Source: a virus. From it: 64,000 nucleotides of DNA. A program made the translations under genes and the position numbers. The stretch covers positions 1 through 64,000 of IMG/VR virus record IMGVR_UViG_3300028400_000004; one strand, given 5' to 3'. This document shows, piece by piece, positions 55,650 through 64,000 of the stretch. The notes beneath the pieces are model-generated. The model worked only from the letters and a program-made list of their open reading frames with translations. It was not told where the DNA came from and searched no databases. Position 1 is the first letter of the stretch. The number at the start of each line of letters is the position of its first letter.

Positions 55650-56495
55650 ATGAGCAAAGAATCCGTATTAAAAGGATATTCGGAGCCTTATAAAATCCAT
55701 AATGATGGATTTGTGCGTGTTGTTGATGTTATGGGTGATGACGATGCGGTAGTTCAGATGGCCAGAACAAGCTATGGAAAAGGAACAAAAACGGTAAATG
55801 AGGATGCTAATTTAATTAGATATTTAATGCGTCATCGGCATACTTCTCCGTTTGAAGGTGCTGAAATCAAACTTCATATCCGTTGTCCTATTTTTGTTGC
55901 TAGGCAATGGTTGCGCCATAGAACTGCTAGTGTTAATGAATTATCAGCAAGATACTCAGAAATGGAAGATTCTTTTTACGTTCCTGAATTGGATTATGTT
56001 GCTGCGCAAAGTTCCGAAAACAAACAGGTAAGTGGTAATCCAGTAAATGTAGAAGATGCAAGTATTTACAGGGAAAAGTTAACTGAGATACAAAAAATAA
56101 CCTATAATATTTATAAGCAAGCGTTAGAGGTAGGCATTTCCAGAGAACGTGCTCGTGAACTATTACCAGTAGGTATTTATACTGAGTTTTATTGGAAAAT
56201 TGATTTGCATAATCTTTTACATTTTCTTGAATTGCGTATGCATCCACACGCGCAGAGAGAAATTAGGGATTATGCTAATGTTATTGGCAATGAGATTGTA
56301 GCAGAATGGGTACCTATTACTTGGAAGGCTTTTTTAGATTATAGATATAATGCAAAAACTTTTTCTAAAAAGGCATTTGATACATTAAAAGAATTGCTAG
56401 GAACTGGTGGTGTGGAATCCTTCTTAGAAGGTCTGAAGGACAAAGGGCTTACTAAACGAGAAATAAAAGAATACGAAAATATGTTTTTACAATGA
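55650..56495 (+). CDS. thyX: flavin-dependent thymidylate synthase
   Basis: HTSPFE, RQWLRHRTASVNELSARY, NLLHFLELR, HAQREIR. Confidence 0.97.
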   Translation: MSKESVLKGYSEPYKIHNDGFVRVVDVMGDDDAVVQMARTSYGKGTKTVNEDANLIRYLMRHRHTSPFEGAEIKLHIRCPIFVARQWLRHRTASVNELSARYSEMEDSFYVPELDYVAAQSSENKQVSGNPVNVEDASIYREKLTEIQKITYNIYKQALEVGISRERARELLPVGIYTEFYWKIDLHNLLHFLELRMHPHAQREIRDYANVIGNEIVAEWVPITWKAFLDYRYNAKTFSKKAFDTLKELLGTGGVESFLEGLKDKGLTKREIKEYENMFLQ

Positions 56496-56989
56496 AAAAT
56501 AAAAGAATTTCTACGAGAACATACAAATTTCTCATAAAAGATGAGAATAATGTCTATGCAAAATTAGAGAATTTATTTAGGGTAATTGTTTTGCTAAGGA
56601 GAATTTTGATTGAGGATCGGAGACGTGTCCAGGCGAGTTCCGATAGAATTATGGGTACAAATGAGCAGGTTTCTAGGTTTATTGATATTAAAGACGAGAC
56701 ACCATTAAATTTAATACCATATGATACTGCATTGGCAATTATAAAAGATATTTCTGCTTATCATAATAAGAATAAACATGTTCCTAATATTGGTGAATTT
56801 TATAACATAAAAGTGCCATTTTATTGTTCAGTATCATATAGATATGATGAGATGAATGTGCCTGGCATTGGAGTCATCAAAATTAAAAGAGATAAGCCTA
56901 TTCCTAGAGATAGGAGTGTCATTGTTTCTAATATTTATAAAAAAGGCAAATCATGGTACGCAGACTTAGTGACGAAAAAGAAGGAATAG
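56492..56989 (+). CDS. TnpB/OrfB-derived protein, WED+REC only (no RuvC)
   Basis: RTYKFLI, KLENLF, DIKDE.PL, VPGIGVIKIKRDKPIP and KGKSWYADL match the TnpB N-half pattern; ends before RuvC-I. Confidence 0.65.
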   Translation: MKNKRISTRTYKFLIKDENNVYAKLENLFRVIVLLRRILIEDRRRVQASSDRIMGTNEQVSRFIDIKDETPLNLIPYDTALAIIKDISAYHNKNKHVPNIGEFYNIKVPFYCSVSYRYDEMNVPGIGVIKIKRDKPIPRDRSVIVSNIYKKGKSWYADLVTKKKE

Positions 56990-57585
56990 TATTATTAGAA
57001 GTAATAAGGACATTAGACTTATTTTCAGAAAAAAGCCTAAAGATACTCAAGAATAAAATAAATAAAAAGTTAGGGACGAATATAGAAGAAAAGGACCATT
57101 TAATATTTCTTACATATTTATTAGATGAATTAAAATCTATCGGAATAGTTTTAGGTGATGGTAATGTTTATTACGATTTATCACGATATAATCTGGATAA
57201 AGATTTGTTTATAAAGGCATTTGAAACCCTACAGACATCAGCCGCAACATTTAATGTAAAATCACGGGTTGATTTTTATAATTATATAAAATTTGTAATA
57301 CATTTAACTGTAAAATATATATCTAATAATTATATAAATAATGATTTTACGGATACGATTCGCATTTTAATAAAAAATGGATTGGAAAATAATTTAATAG
57401 ATAAAGAAACTGCAAAGAAGTTGCGGGGAAAGTTAAAGCATTTTAATAGTAGATCATTGTCATTGAATAATATATGCCACGTTATTTCTGAGGAGCTGTA
57501 TTACGTCTTTGATTATTCATTTCCCGGTTATTCTAATTCCGAATTTTTTGTAAAGGCAGCTTTGAAAAGGTTTAATAATAAATGA
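56953..57585 (+). CDS. hypothetical protein upstream of the helicase
   Basis: 210 aa, coupled overlaps. Confidence 0.65.
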   Translation: MVRRLSDEKEGIVLLEVIRTLDLFSEKSLKILKNKINKKLGTNIEEKDHLIFLTYLLDELKSIGIVLGDGNVYYDLSRYNLDKDLFIKAFETLQTSAATFNVKSRVDFYNYIKFVIHLTVKYISNNYINNDFTDTIRILIKNGLENNLIDKETAKKLRGKLKHFNSRSLSLNNICHVISEELYYVFDYSFPGYSNSEFFVKAALKRFNNK

Positions 57586-58952
57586 ATTTATCAAAATCTA
57601 TCCAAGAGAACATTCTCCGTATTATTTCATTTGATGATGAGAATTATAAGATTTTCCGGGGATTAGTACCATTGCGGGTTTATGATTCAAAGTATAAGCC
57701 TATTGTAAAGCGGGTTTATAATTATATTGATGAATTTGATGAACCGCCGAAAGCACATTTAGTAGATATTACTGAGGATTTGTTGAAGGAAGATAAATCA
57801 TATTTATCGGTTATTGAAGGTGTTTATGAATTAGAAGATGTAAATGTAGAATATACATTAAAAAAAGTTAGAGCCTTTATTAGGTTACAGGAAATAAAGT
57901 TAGGCATATTAAAAGCTGCCGAAGTTTTAGATACGGCAGATGATGAGGAGTCTTTAGAAGAAGCCGAAGATATTATATTAAAATCAATAAAGAATACACA
58001 TAAAACCTTTGATCCAGGTTTAGAGTTTTCCATAGATGCTTTAGATTCTTTAGATCAAGAAGCTATTGAGTATTTTAGAACTGGTATTAAGTTTTTAGAT
58101 ACTCATAATTTGGGACCTGCACGAAAGAAGTTACACCTATTTATGGCTCCTGCCAAGTTCGGGAAAACTTGGTGGCTTATTCATTTAGGAAAAGAAAATG
58201 TTATGGATGGCAAAAAAGTATTACATTTAACATTAGAAATGAGTCAGTCTAGTGTTGCTAGGCGTTACTTGCAGTCATTCTTCTCTATATCTAATAGAAA
58301 TGAATTGTATAACATATATAAATTTATTCACGATTTAGATGGAAAGATGAGTGATCTTGAGGAATATGAGTTATACCCTAAACACACATTTGAAGAAGGC
58401 AGCTTGAAAGAAAAATTAAAAAATAAAATAGAGAAAGGTAAAAGATATTTTGATAATTTAATAATAAAAGAGTTCCCCACAAGTTCTTTAGCTGTCAGAG
58501 AATTGGACAGTTATTTGGACATGCTGGAGCGTGTAAAAGGTTTTATTCCTGATATTATTATAGTTGATTATGCAGATTTGTTACGCTTAGAAGGCAATGA
58601 TAAACGTATTGCTACTGGAGAGATTTATAAGAATCTACGGGGGCTTGCCATGTCACGAAATGTGGCTATTGCTACAGCCACCCAAACTAATAGGGGGGCA
58701 TTGAACAAGCGCCTTGTTAGTGAGATAGATGTAGCAGAGGATTATTCTAAGATACAGACGGCAGACTGTGTTATTACGTTGAATAAGACAGAAGCAGAAC
58801 GTGAACTAGGTCTTGCCAGGTTATATGTAACTGCTGCGCGTGATGACGTAGATAAAATGGAGATTTGCATTTCACAGGCTTATGGGATTGGCCAATTTGC
58901 GTTAGATAGTGCTTTAACACCTAAAGATTATGAAACATTTATAAACAAGTAA
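57582..58952 (+). CDS. DnaB-like replicative helicase
   Basis: Walker A APAKFGKT, TLEMS, IIVDYADL, TATQTNR, AEDYSK. Confidence 0.9.
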   Translation: MNLSKSIQENILRIISFDDENYKIFRGLVPLRVYDSKYKPIVKRVYNYIDEFDEPPKAHLVDITEDLLKEDKSYLSVIEGVYELEDVNVEYTLKKVRAFIRLQEIKLGILKAAEVLDTADDEESLEEAEDIILKSIKNTHKTFDPGLEFSIDALDSLDQEAIEYFRTGIKFLDTHNLGPARKKLHLFMAPAKFGKTWWLIHLGKENVMDGKKVLHLTLEMSQSSVARRYLQSFFSISNRNELYNIYKFIHDLDGKMSDLEEYELYPKHTFEEGSLKEKLKNKIEKGKRYFDNLIIKEFPTSSLAVRELDSYLDMLERVKGFIPDIIIVDYADLLRLEGNDKRIATGEIYKNLRGLAMSRNVAIATATQTNRGALNKRLVSEIDVAEDYSKIQTADCVITLNKTEAERELGLARLYVTAARDDVDKMEICISQAYGIGQFALDSALTPKDYETFINK

Positions 58953-58953
58953 G

Positions 58954-60462
58954 ATGGGTTATATATCAAAACAATATAAATACGATTATTTCAATAGAGA
59001 CTTTAATGATTGGAGAGGGCTCAAAAAATTAAAAGAAGATAAAATTGATCTATTGTATAAGGAAACTGTAGGTAATTTAGAGCTTAAATACCAATTAAGG
59101 AAGCATCAGAAAATAGGTGTTATTTTAGGCTGTATGCTTGAAAAGTTTTTATTAGGATATGATATGGGGTTAGGAAAAACCTATATGTCATTGGTCATAT
59201 TGAAGAAGAAATTTGATGAAAAAAGGATAAATAAATGTTTGTTTTTAGTACAAAATTTATCAAATATTTATAATATATCAGATGAAATAGATAAATTTGA
59301 ATTAGGAATGTCCTATGTTTCATTAGATGGAGGCAGCCAAAGTAGAAAGGAACTCTTTAATAAAGATTATCAAATATATATATTAAATTACCAAGGATTT
59401 ACTGCTTATATAAAGAGATTCGGTTATAAGGATTTGTTAGGCAAGTTCGATGCTTTTATTTTTGATGAAATGCATAATTTAAAAAATAAAAAAACAAAGT
59501 TATATAAATATTGTAAGCTGTTATCTAAAGATTCAGTAGTAAAGATTGGATTAACCGGTACCCCTTTTGACAGAAACCCATTAGATTTTTGGACGCAGTT
59601 GGATATATTAGATGGTGGACAAACATTAGGAAGTTATAATACATTCTTAAATATGTTTTTTATAAAGAAATATAATTATATGGGTTATCCAGAATGGAAG
59701 TTTGATAAAAGAAAAGTAAACAAGTTTTTATCGATATTATCTAATAGATTTATTTATTATGGCACAGAAGAATGTAATGATCTACCTAAAAAAGTTTACA
59801 ATACTATAAGGTTTAAGTTGCCAGATAATGTATATAAAGAATACAGAAAGATGTATAACGAGTTTAAGAAACAGTTTAAGGGGGACGAGAATGATTTAGA
59901 TAAACTGTCATTAGATGTTAATTACATAAAGTTAAAACAATTATCTTCTGGGTTTGTTAACTTGACTGAGCGGTTGGATGATTATAAAGTAAGCAAGATA
60001 GTAGAATTTGATAATCCAAAGTTGGACTTGTTGGTTGATAATTTGCGAGCCATACCTAAAGGAAAAAAGTCAATAGTATTTGTTAATTTTATACATTCAG
60101 GTAAAACTATATTTAAGAGATTAAACAAGGAAAAGATAGGATGTGTTCTTATTGATGGCGATACTAAAGATTTAAGAAAATCTTTTTATGAATACAAAAC
60201 TTCAAAAACAAAAAATGTTTTGATTATAAATGCTATCAGAGGAGGTACTGGACTTAATTTACAATTTGCCAATTATTGCTTTTTCTATGAGACGCCTATA
60301 ACTGTAAGACACAGAAAGCAGGCAGAAAAAAGAATACATAGGGATGGCCAGGTTAATACTTGTTATTATTATGATTTTGTTGCATTAAACACTTACGATG
60401 AGCGTGATTTGGTGAACCTAAAAATTGGCATAGAGACTTTTGATAAAATGATGAAAAAATGA
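58954..60462 (+). CDS. SNF2-family SF2 helicase
   Basis: DMGLGKT, DEMH, LTGTP, GGTGLNLQ, QAEKRIHRDGQ. Confidence 0.92.
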   Translation: MGYISKQYKYDYFNRDFNDWRGLKKLKEDKIDLLYKETVGNLELKYQLRKHQKIGVILGCMLEKFLLGYDMGLGKTYMSLVILKKKFDEKRINKCLFLVQNLSNIYNISDEIDKFELGMSYVSLDGGSQSRKELFNKDYQIYILNYQGFTAYIKRFGYKDLLGKFDAFIFDEMHNLKNKKTKLYKYCKLLSKDSVVKIGLTGTPFDRNPLDFWTQLDILDGGQTLGSYNTFLNMFFIKKYNYMGYPEWKFDKRKVNKFLSILSNRFIYYGTEECNDLPKKVYNTIRFKLPDNVYKEYRKMYNEFKKQFKGDENDLDKLSLDVNYIKLKQLSSGFVNLTERLDDYKVSKIVEFDNPKLDLLVDNLRAIPKGKKSIVFVNFIHSGKTIFKRLNKEKIGCVLIDGDTKDLRKSFYEYKTSKTKNVLIINAIRGGTGLNLQFANYCFFYETPITVRHRKQAEKRIHRDGQVNTCYYYDFVALNTYDERDLVNLKIGIETFDKMMKK

Positions 60463-61433
60463 GCTTTGATATAATAAAGTTTTTAGAAGAAAATAAAATA
60501 GACTATGCAAGTGATGGGAAGAATTGTGCCCAGGGAAACGTTGTAATAAAGTGTCCTTGGTGTAGCGATGATCCTTCAAAACATTTAGGTATTAGGGTCA
60601 ATGGAAAGTTTGCATATGGATGTTGGAGAAACCCTATGCATAGGGGAACTAAGCCTTATAAGTTGGTGGCAAAGTTACTTAATGTTTCAAACAAAAAGGC
60701 TAAGGAAATAGTTGGAAATATTATAGATTATAAGGTTGATGATTTTATGGATGTAATAAATAGTTTAAAAGGCTACGCAAATAAAGAGATTGAAGATAAT
60801 AACGTAACTCCTATTAGATTGTATAAGTTACAAAATAACACTTTAATGGGAAAGATTGTTTTTGGATATTTAGAGACTAGAATTAATAATGAAATTGATA
60901 TATATGAATTTATAGATATGTTTAATTTATGTTATTCTGATGGGAAAGGGGCTTATAGGGTTTTCATGCCAGTTAAGTTTGGCGGAAAGTTCGTGTCTTT
61001 TGTTGGAAGAAGTGTTAGTGATAGTAAGATGCCAAGATATTTAAGTGGTTCTAAAAAATTTGGAGTAGGTAACTTAAAAGATTATATATATGAACATGAT
61101 GATAAATCAGATTTTTTGTTTATAACTGAAGGCCCATTTGATATGATGCGCTTTCATTATTTATTAAAAAAGAATAATATAAATGCAGATGCTACTTGTT
61201 TATTTGGTATAAATGCAAGCAAGAAGCAAAAAATAATTATTGATGAATTATCTAAAAAATATAAAAAGATATTTATACTTTTTGACGATGGGTTTGATAT
61301 GACAGCAGCCCAATTGAAATTGTCATTGACTTGTGATAACGTATTTGTTAGTAAAATACCTAATGGTTATAAAGACCCAGGCGAATTAGACACTAAAGGT
61401 GTGTATGAAATTATCCAATCTGTCGGATTGTGA
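60459..61433 (+). CDS. DNA primase (Zn-binding + TOPRIM)
   Basis: CPWC...H...CW, FVGR, ITEGPFD, LFDDG, KDPGE. Confidence 0.88.
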   Translation: MSFDIIKFLEENKIDYASDGKNCAQGNVVIKCPWCSDDPSKHLGIRVNGKFAYGCWRNPMHRGTKPYKLVAKLLNVSNKKAKEIVGNIIDYKVDDFMDVINSLKGYANKEIEDNNVTPIRLYKLQNNTLMGKIVFGYLETRINNEIDIYEFIDMFNLCYSDGKGAYRVFMPVKFGGKFVSFVGRSVSDSKMPRYLSGSKKFGVGNLKDYIYEHDDKSDFLFITEGPFDMMRFHYLLKKNNINADATCLFGINASKKQKIIIDELSKKYKKIFILFDDGFDMTAAQLKLSLTCDNVFVSKIPNGYKDPGELDTKGVYEIIQSVGL

Positions 61434-62205
61434 CGTTATTATATTAGATGACTATACTAAGTTTGTAAAAGAGAAATGTAAAGCATCATCATTTTCTTAT
61501 ATATTACCTGATTTTTATCTTACTAGAAGGGAATATATAAAAGCTCTATTTTTATCTATTATAAATAAATGCATTTATTATAAAGTAAAATTAGATGATA
61601 TAGGAGGTAAGTTGGGTGAGTGGGTTGTTTATGTTTTAGAAAATATATTAAATATAAGGGATTTTACAGACAGCAGAAATGTTGAATATCTTTTTGATGG
61701 ATTACCGTATGAAATACCAGATTATCAATACATAGATGATGATGGTAATTTGGTATTTTATGTTGATTATATAAAAAGTAAAGAATTTAATTTTGACTTA
61801 AAGAAGGGAATGGAAGATTTTGCTATAAAAGAAAAACAGTCTATAAAAGGTAATAAAAAGTTATATGATGTGTATGGGATTGATCCAGAAGATTTTGAAT
61901 CTATATATTATCCGTTCCTTAGAGAAGTTTTTAAGTCTTTTCCTAAGAAAAGAAAACAAGGTATTGTAGTGCGTCCTTCTAAATATTTAGTTTTTTATTT
62001 AATTTTCTTGTATGGCACCAAAACAAGTATGGATTTATTGTTAAGGGCACTTCGAGAAATGAATATTCCAGTATCAAGATATACATATCAGGAATATAAA
62101 AGGGCTTATATATTTATTGTGAGGTTGCTTAAAGCAAAGGGAGTTATTGATAAAGATTTTGACCATAGAGAAGGCTATTTTAATTATAAAAATAGGAGAA
62201 AATGA
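61399..62205 (+). CDS. hypothetical protein
   Basis: 268 aa in the replication operon. Confidence 0.6.
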   Translation: MCMKLSNLSDCDVIILDDYTKFVKEKCKASSFSYILPDFYLTRREYIKALFLSIINKCIYYKVKLDDIGGKLGEWVVYVLENILNIRDFTDSRNVEYLFDGLPYEIPDYQYIDDDGNLVFYVDYIKSKEFNFDLKKGMEDFAIKEKQSIKGNKKLYDVYGIDPEDFESIYYPFLREVFKSFPKKRKQGIVVRPSKYLVFYLIFLYGTKTSMDLLLRALREMNIPVSRYTYQEYKRAYIFIVRLLKAKGVIDKDFDHREGYFNYKNRRK

Positions 62206-63200
62206 TGGATGCTAGGATTTTAAAGTCTGTGGTAGAGTTTAATAAAAAATTGAATCCTTATGGGTTTGAAGTAAACAATGGTATTAAGTTTTGTAATGAT
62301 AGGATAGAAAATATAGGTAATAATTACTTTTTTATTTATAATACAGATTGTAATGTAAATGGTTCTATTAACTCTTCAAAACTAGACAAGTTTTTACGAA
62401 GTATTAAATCAAAGGAAGTTTCAATTGAACAGAAAGAAGATTCCTTGTTATTTAATTCCGGTCGTGTTGGTTTACAGATTGGTAAGTTTCCCACTATTGA
62501 TTATGATGGCAGCATTGGTGGTGATTTATTATGTACTTTTACTAAAAAAGAAAGAAAACATTTAGAATTATTACTATCTATTATATCAAAGGATAAGGCA
62601 ATAAACCCTTCTTTTTCTGGCATTACCATTACAAGCAATAACGGAAACTTATCATTATACACTACGGATGCTATAAGGCTTGCAAGATATATAAAGGATG
62701 GGGTTTCTTTAGATATTGAACTGGTTATTTCCAAGTTCTTTTTTGAGGCGTTGATTTACTCGTTACGAGTATTTGATTATATAGATATTTTGTGGAATGA
62801 CGGATTAATTATAGCTAAGAATGACGGTGTTATTTTTGGAACTTCCGCTATGGCGGTAGATATTTTTGATTTTGATGAGCATTTTAGTTCCTTTGAATCT
62901 TATGTAGATGTAGTATTAGATGATAACAATAAAGATGTCATATCTACCATTTCTAAGTATTCAAACGGAGTTTTACATTTTATAGCGAATGATGTTTTAA
63001 CTGTAGCTTCACATAATGATACGAATCCAACAGATATAATGACCGGAGAATGTAGTGCTATTGTAAATGACCCTTATAGTAAAGTTTTTAATTTACAGGG
63101 GATAGTAAAATATTTAGATTTATTTAATAATTTGATCTTGTCTGATCATTTAATTCTAGATAGTGATAACTTAACTGTACTATTGACTGAACAAGAATAA
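62202..63200 (+). CDS. sliding clamp (DnaN-like)
   Basis: 332 aa; FSGI...LYTTDAIRLA resembles clamp LNGV...VATDGHRLA; next to the polymerase. Confidence 0.65.
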   Translation: MMDARILKSVVEFNKKLNPYGFEVNNGIKFCNDRIENIGNNYFFIYNTDCNVNGSINSSKLDKFLRSIKSKEVSIEQKEDSLLFNSGRVGLQIGKFPTIDYDGSIGGDLLCTFTKKERKHLELLLSIISKDKAINPSFSGITITSNNGNLSLYTTDAIRLARYIKDGVSLDIELVISKFFFEALIYSLRVFDYIDILWNDGLIIAKNDGVIFGTSAMAVDIFDFDEHFSSFESYVDVVLDDNNKDVISTISKYSNGVLHFIANDVLTVASHNDTNPTDIMTGECSAIVNDPYSKVFNLQGIVKYLDLFNNLILSDHLILDSDNLTVLLTEQE

Positions 63201-64000
63201 TGGCATTTTTACTTAAAAAGAAATCAAAAAACAGCCACACTAATAAGTTTTTTAATGATATAGTATCCAAAGGGTGTGCTTATTGTCCATTGAGTGTTGA
63301 GGAGGATCATAGATTTGATCCCATAGGGACAGACAGACCATTGTTTTATGTTGTTATGGATAAGCCAGTTGAACAAGATTACAGGCTTAAAAAATCTTAT
63401 GGATCATTCCTTGGAAGAAAAGTAATAAAAGTAATAGCAGATGCCTTTACTGCATATAAAAAAGAAATTGTTTCTTCTTCTGATGTTTTGTCTTATGTAC
63501 GGTTTGGATATTTATTAAGGACTTTTACAAAAAATAAAAAATTAGATTCAAGTTATGCTTTTTGTATTAATAAATTTATAGAAGACGTTAGACAAACAGA
63601 CCCAAGGTTTATAGTTGTTTTTGGAGCAGGTGCTTTAGGCCGGATAGCCAACATAACGAATATAAGAAATATTAGGGGAAAACCTTTTCCTTATCATATA
63701 GGTGGTAAAACACGTTGGGTCATTGGGTTTGATGATCCATATAAAATGTTAGATGATAATAACAACTATTGGGGAAAGACTTTTTCTGGACAGTTGGTTC
63801 GTTCTTTTGATTTTGGAACTCCACCTGACATAGATAAATACAAAAAAATAGAATCAAAGAAAGTCCTTCCTGGTGAATATGTAACTGTTACGCATGAGCA
63901 AGATTTTGAAAAAGTTATTCATTCTTTCTCCGTCTTGGAGAAGTCAAATACCGTTGGATTCGATATAGAAACTACGTCTAAGGAGACTGTGCAATCTAGG
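63200..64000 (+). CDS. DNA polymerase with N-terminal UDG-like domain, 3'-truncated by window
   Basis: CAYCPL...DPRFIVVFGAGA...RG family-4 UDG-like pattern, then ExoI motif VGFDIETT. Confidence 0.75.
   Translation, partial: MAFLLKKKSKNSHTNKFFNDIVSKGCAYCPLSVEEDHRFDPIGTDRPLFYVVMDKPVEQDYRLKKSYGSFLGRKVIKVIADAFTAYKKEIVSSSDVLSYVRFGYLLRTFTKNKKLDSSYAFCINKFIEDVRQTDPRFIVVFGAGALGRIANITNIRNIRGKPFPYHIGGKTRWVIGFDDPYKMLDDNNNYWGKTFSGQLVRSFDFGTPPDIDKYKKIESKKVLPGEYVTVTHEQDFEKVIHSFSVLEKSNTVGFDIETTSKETVQSR

Noticed and set aside
56492-56989. Active IS200/IS605 element
   Set aside because: No tnpA, no RuvC domain, no terminal hairpins or intergenic space

Overview
This is a 64 kb, AT-rich segment of a tailed dsDNA phage with siphovirus-type morphogenesis genes. 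No integrase or terminase is visible in the window. Spanins and lipoproteins indicate a Gram-negative host. sigma54, Fur and parS sites plus CsrA-, DksA- and FliA-like genes point to a non-enterobacterial proteobacterium (inference). Layout: (1) deaminase and RuvC; (2) leftward early-type small genes (0.8-5 kb); (3) a 5.1-9.4 kb region of four promoter-ORF-terminator cassettes in non-coding DNA that holds about 16 sigma54 -24/-12 boxes, a Fur box, a parS site and oriented micro-repeats, probably near a genome end; (4) a 7-member paralogous gene family interrupted by a C5 methyltransferase written in two overlapping frames, then dUTPase and dCMP deaminase; (5) an HK97-type head and long-tail module (17-37 kb); (6) leftward accessory genes, a tRNA-like ncRNA, lysis genes and a second structural/fibre module; (7) a 1.8 kb non-coding, origin-like region with five covarying 38-nt hairpin repeats and a promoter-driven structured RNA; (8) a rightward operon with a FliA-like sigma factor, HigA-like protein, NrdB/NrdA, a CsrA-like protein, ThyX, a RuvC-less TnpB derivative, two helicases, primase, clamp and a UDG-fused DNA polymerase cut by the window end. 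The best candidates for undescribed systems are the host-protein binding-site array (5.1-9.3 kb), the hairpin array with its structured RNA (48.4-49.9 kb) and the apparently domesticated mini-TnpB. All protein calls come from motif recognition by eye; no database search was run.
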